DNA from: an uncultured Gammaproteobacteria bacterium
GTDB lineage: Bacteria > Pseudomonadota > Gammaproteobacteria > GCA-001735895
DNA: 64,000 nt
Direction: 5' to 3'
Assembly: GCA_963768295.1 (NCBI GenBank)
Contig: CAVYHN010000027.1
Span: 127,009 to 191,008 of the forward strand
Position 1 is the first letter of the stretch; each line of letters begins with the position of its first letter. The translations under genes and the position numbers were made by a program. The notes beneath the pieces are model-generated. The model saw nothing but the letters and a program-made list of their open reading frames with translations, was not told where the DNA came from and did no database searches. Of this stretch, positions 61,847 through 64,000 are shown one piece after another.

Positions 61847-63046
61847 ATGCCTGTACTGGAAATGACCGGCCTCGATCTGGCCGGCAAAAGGGTATTGATC
61901 CGCCAGGACCTGAACGTCCCGGTAAAGGATGGCGTCGTCACCAGCGATCAACGCATCAAGGCTTCGCTGCCGGCGATCCGGCAATGTATCGCTGCCGGCG
62001 CGCGGCTGATGATCATGTCGCATCTCGGCCGTCCCGAAGAGGGTAAGCCGGAGGCGCAGTTTTCGCTGCAGCCGGTTGCCGATTATCTCTCCGCAGCGCT
62101 CGGCAAGGCTGTGCCGCTGATCAGCGATTACCTCGAGCAGGCGCCCGCCATGGCTGACGGTGACGTGGTGCTGCTCGAGAACGTGCGCTTCAATCCGGGT
62201 GAAAAAACCAACGACGAAGACCTGTCGCGGCGCTATGCCGCACTCTGCGATATTTACGTCATGGATGCCTTCGGCACCGCGCATCGCGCCCAGGCTTCGA
62301 CGCATGGCGCCGGCCAGTATGCGCCGCTTGCCTGCGCCGGACCGCTGCTGGCGGCTGAACTCGATGCGCTTGGCAAGGCCCTGAACCAGCCGCGCAGCCC
62401 CGTGGTCGCCATCGTCGGCGGCTCCAAGGTATCGACCAAGCTGACCGTGCTCGAGGCCCTTTCCGGCATCGTCGACCAGTTGATTCCCGGCGGCGGTATC
62501 GCCAACACCTTCATCGCGGCCGCGGGCTATAACGTCGGCAAGTCGCTGGTCGAAGCGGACCTGATCCCCGAGGCCAGGCGGCTGGTGGAGCAGGCGCGCG
62601 CCAGGGGCGGCGATATCCCGATTCCGACCGACGTCGTTTGTGGCAAGGAGTTTTCGGAATCTGCGATCGCAACGGTGAAACCGGTATCCGAGGTCGAGGA
62701 CGATGACATGATCTTCGATATCGGCCCCGAGACCGCGGCGCATTTTGCCACGCTCCTGCAACAGGCGGCGACTATCGTCTGGAACGGTCCGGTCGGCGTG
62801 TTTGAATTCGACCAGTTCGGTAACGGTACCCGGGTGCTGGCCGAGGCGATTGCGGCCTCGCCGGCGTTCTCGATTGCCGGCGGGGGTGATACACTGGCCG
62901 CCCTCGACAAGTACGGCATAGCGCAACAGGTTTCGTATATATCCACCGGCGGTGGTGCTTTTCTCGAGTTCCTGGAAGGTAAAAAACTACCGGCAGTAGC
63001 CATGCTGGAACAAAGGTACTCAGACTATGAGAGCGGTTCTACGTAG
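61847..63046 (+). CDS. pgk: Phosphoglycerate kinase
   Basis: [17 protein letters not shown]. Confidence 0.95.
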   Translation: MPVLEMTGLDLAGKRVLIRQDLNVPVKDGVVTSDQRIKASLPAIRQCIAAGARLMIMSHLGRPEEGKPEAQFSLQPVADYLSAALGKAVPLISDYLEQAPAMADGDVVLLENVRFNPGEKTNDEDLSRRYAALCDIYVMDAFGTAHRAQASTHGAGQYAPLACAGPLLAAELDALGKALNQPRSPVVAIVGGSKVSTKLTVLEALSGIVDQLIPGGGIANTFIAAAGYNVGKSLVEADLIPEARRLVEQARARGGDIPIPTDVVCGKEFSESAIATVKPVSEVEDDDMIFDIGPETAAHFATLLQQAATIVWNGPVGVFEFDQFGNGTRVLAEAIAASPAFSIAGGGDTLAALDKYGIAQQVSYISTGGGAFLEFLEGKKLPAVAMLEQRYSDYESGST

Positions 63047-64000
63047 AACGAAAATCGTCGCCACCCTCGGGCCCGCGACCGAATCAGACGCGGCCATCGA
63101 TAGCCTGATCAAGGCCGGGGTCGACGTAGTGCGCCTCAATTTTTCCCACGGTAAGCCAGACGAGCACCGCGCGCGCGCCGAGAAAATTCGCCGCATCGGG
63201 CTCGAAAACAATCGTCACCTGGCGATCCTCGCCGACCTGCAGGGTCCCAAGATCCGGCTCGAAAAATTTAAAAATGGCAAGGTCAATCTGGTGCTCGGTA
63301 ACAAGTTTTGTCTCAACGCCGAATGCCCCAACGGCGAGGGTGACAGCGAGCAGATCGGCATTACCTACAAGCAGCTGCCGCAGGATGTCAAGAACGAGGA
63401 TATCCTGGTGCTCGACGATGGCCGTATCGTGCTGCAGGTTGATTCGGTCGAAGGGCCTCGCATTCACTGCACGGTTCAGGTCGGCGGCGAACTCTCCGAC
63501 AACAAGGGCATCAACCTCAAGGGCGGCGGATTGACCGCCGAAGTGTTGACCGACAAGGATCGCGCCGATTTGAAAACCGCGGCGTTGATCGATGCCGACT
63601 ATCTCGCGGTTTCCTTCCCGAGAAACGCGACGGACATGATCCAGGCGCGCAAACTGCTCGACGCCGAGGGCAGCTCGGCCGGACTGATAGCCAAGATTGA
63701 GCGCGCCGAGGCGCTCGATAATCTGGAGGAAATTATCGAGCATTCCGCTGGGATCATGATCGCGCGTGGCGACCTCGGCGTCGAAATCGGTGACGCCAAG
63801 CTGCCGGCGGTGCAGAAAGAAATTATCAAGAAGGCACGCGACCTGAATTGCGTGACGATTACCGCAACGCAGATGATGGAGTCGATGCGCGATAGTCCGA
63901 TTCCGACGCGCGCCGAAGTATTCGATGTGGCCAACGCGGTGCTCGACGGTACCGATGCGGTCATGCTATCGGCCGAAACCGCGACCGGCGCCTACCCCAG
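63027..64000 (+). CDS. pyk: Pyruvate kinase (partial; runs off the right edge)
   Basis: [20 protein letters not shown]...[11 protein letters not shown]. It overlaps the pgk stop by 20 nt. Absent from the ORF table because no stop lies in the window. Confidence 0.9.
   Translation, partial: MRAVLRRTKIVATLGPATESDAAIDSLIKAGVDVVRLNFSHGKPDEHRARAEKIRRIGLENNRHLAILADLQGPKIRLEKFKNGKVNLVLGNKFCLNAECPNGEGDSEQIGITYKQLPQDVKNEDILVLDDGRIVLQVDSVEGPRIHCTVQVGGELSDNKGINLKGGGLTAEVLTDKDRADLKTAALIDADYLAVSFPRNATDMIQARKLLDAEGSSAGLIAKIERAEALDNLEEIIEHSAGIMIARGDLGVEIGDAKLPAVQKEIIKKARDLNCVTITATQMMESMRDSPIPTRAEVFDVANAVLDGTDAVMLSAETATGAYP

Overview
This 64-kb window is from a gammaproteobacterial chromosome. Its backbone gene order closely mirrors the Pseudomonas PA0392-PA0414 region: yggT-proC-yggS-pilT-pilU, then pyrC'-pyrB-pyrR-ruvX-algH-tonB-gshB-pilGHIJ-chpA-chpC. 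Around that lie oxyR and a TerB-like gene, a Ser/Thr-kinase-HDOD-GAF signalling protein, ydbH-ynbE-ydbL, rsmE, ahcY-metK and a tkt-gap-pgk-pyk carbon-metabolism block. There are three tandem PilT-family retraction ATPases: pilT, pilU and a second pilU paralog. A roughly 14.9-kb AT-rich accessory island (about 13.1-28.0 kb) is inserted between the pilU paralog and ydbH. It carries 16 unrelated genes on both strands. The genes are mostly small; they include VPLPA-/PEP-CTERM exosortase substrates, lipoproteins, a PhyH dioxygenase, an FHA protein, DUF2132, DUF411, a CsaA-like tRNA-binding protein and a serine hydrolase. Nearly every gene in the island is separated by a co-oriented modular repeat of 60-250 bp. 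The 3' unit of the repeat has 7-bp inverted termini resembling integron attC R''/R' cores (RYYYAAC...GTTRRRY, including canonical GCCTAAC and GTTAGGC/GTTAGGT). Stop codons of minus-strand genes lie inside the AAC core. For at least cassettes C, K and H, the 5'-boundary core and the 3' R'' core are inverse complements, which is the signature of integron cassettes. No integron integrase is present in the window, so the best hypothesis is a degenerate chromosomal cassette array (a CALIN-like cluster of attC sites) with an atypical composite attC. Other notable points are an internally deleted gabD remnant, an apparent frameshift or split in chpA with no pilK or chpB, a 12-bp tandem repeat encoding (EAEV)n inside chpA, and a PyrC' pseudoenzyme lacking the HxH motif.
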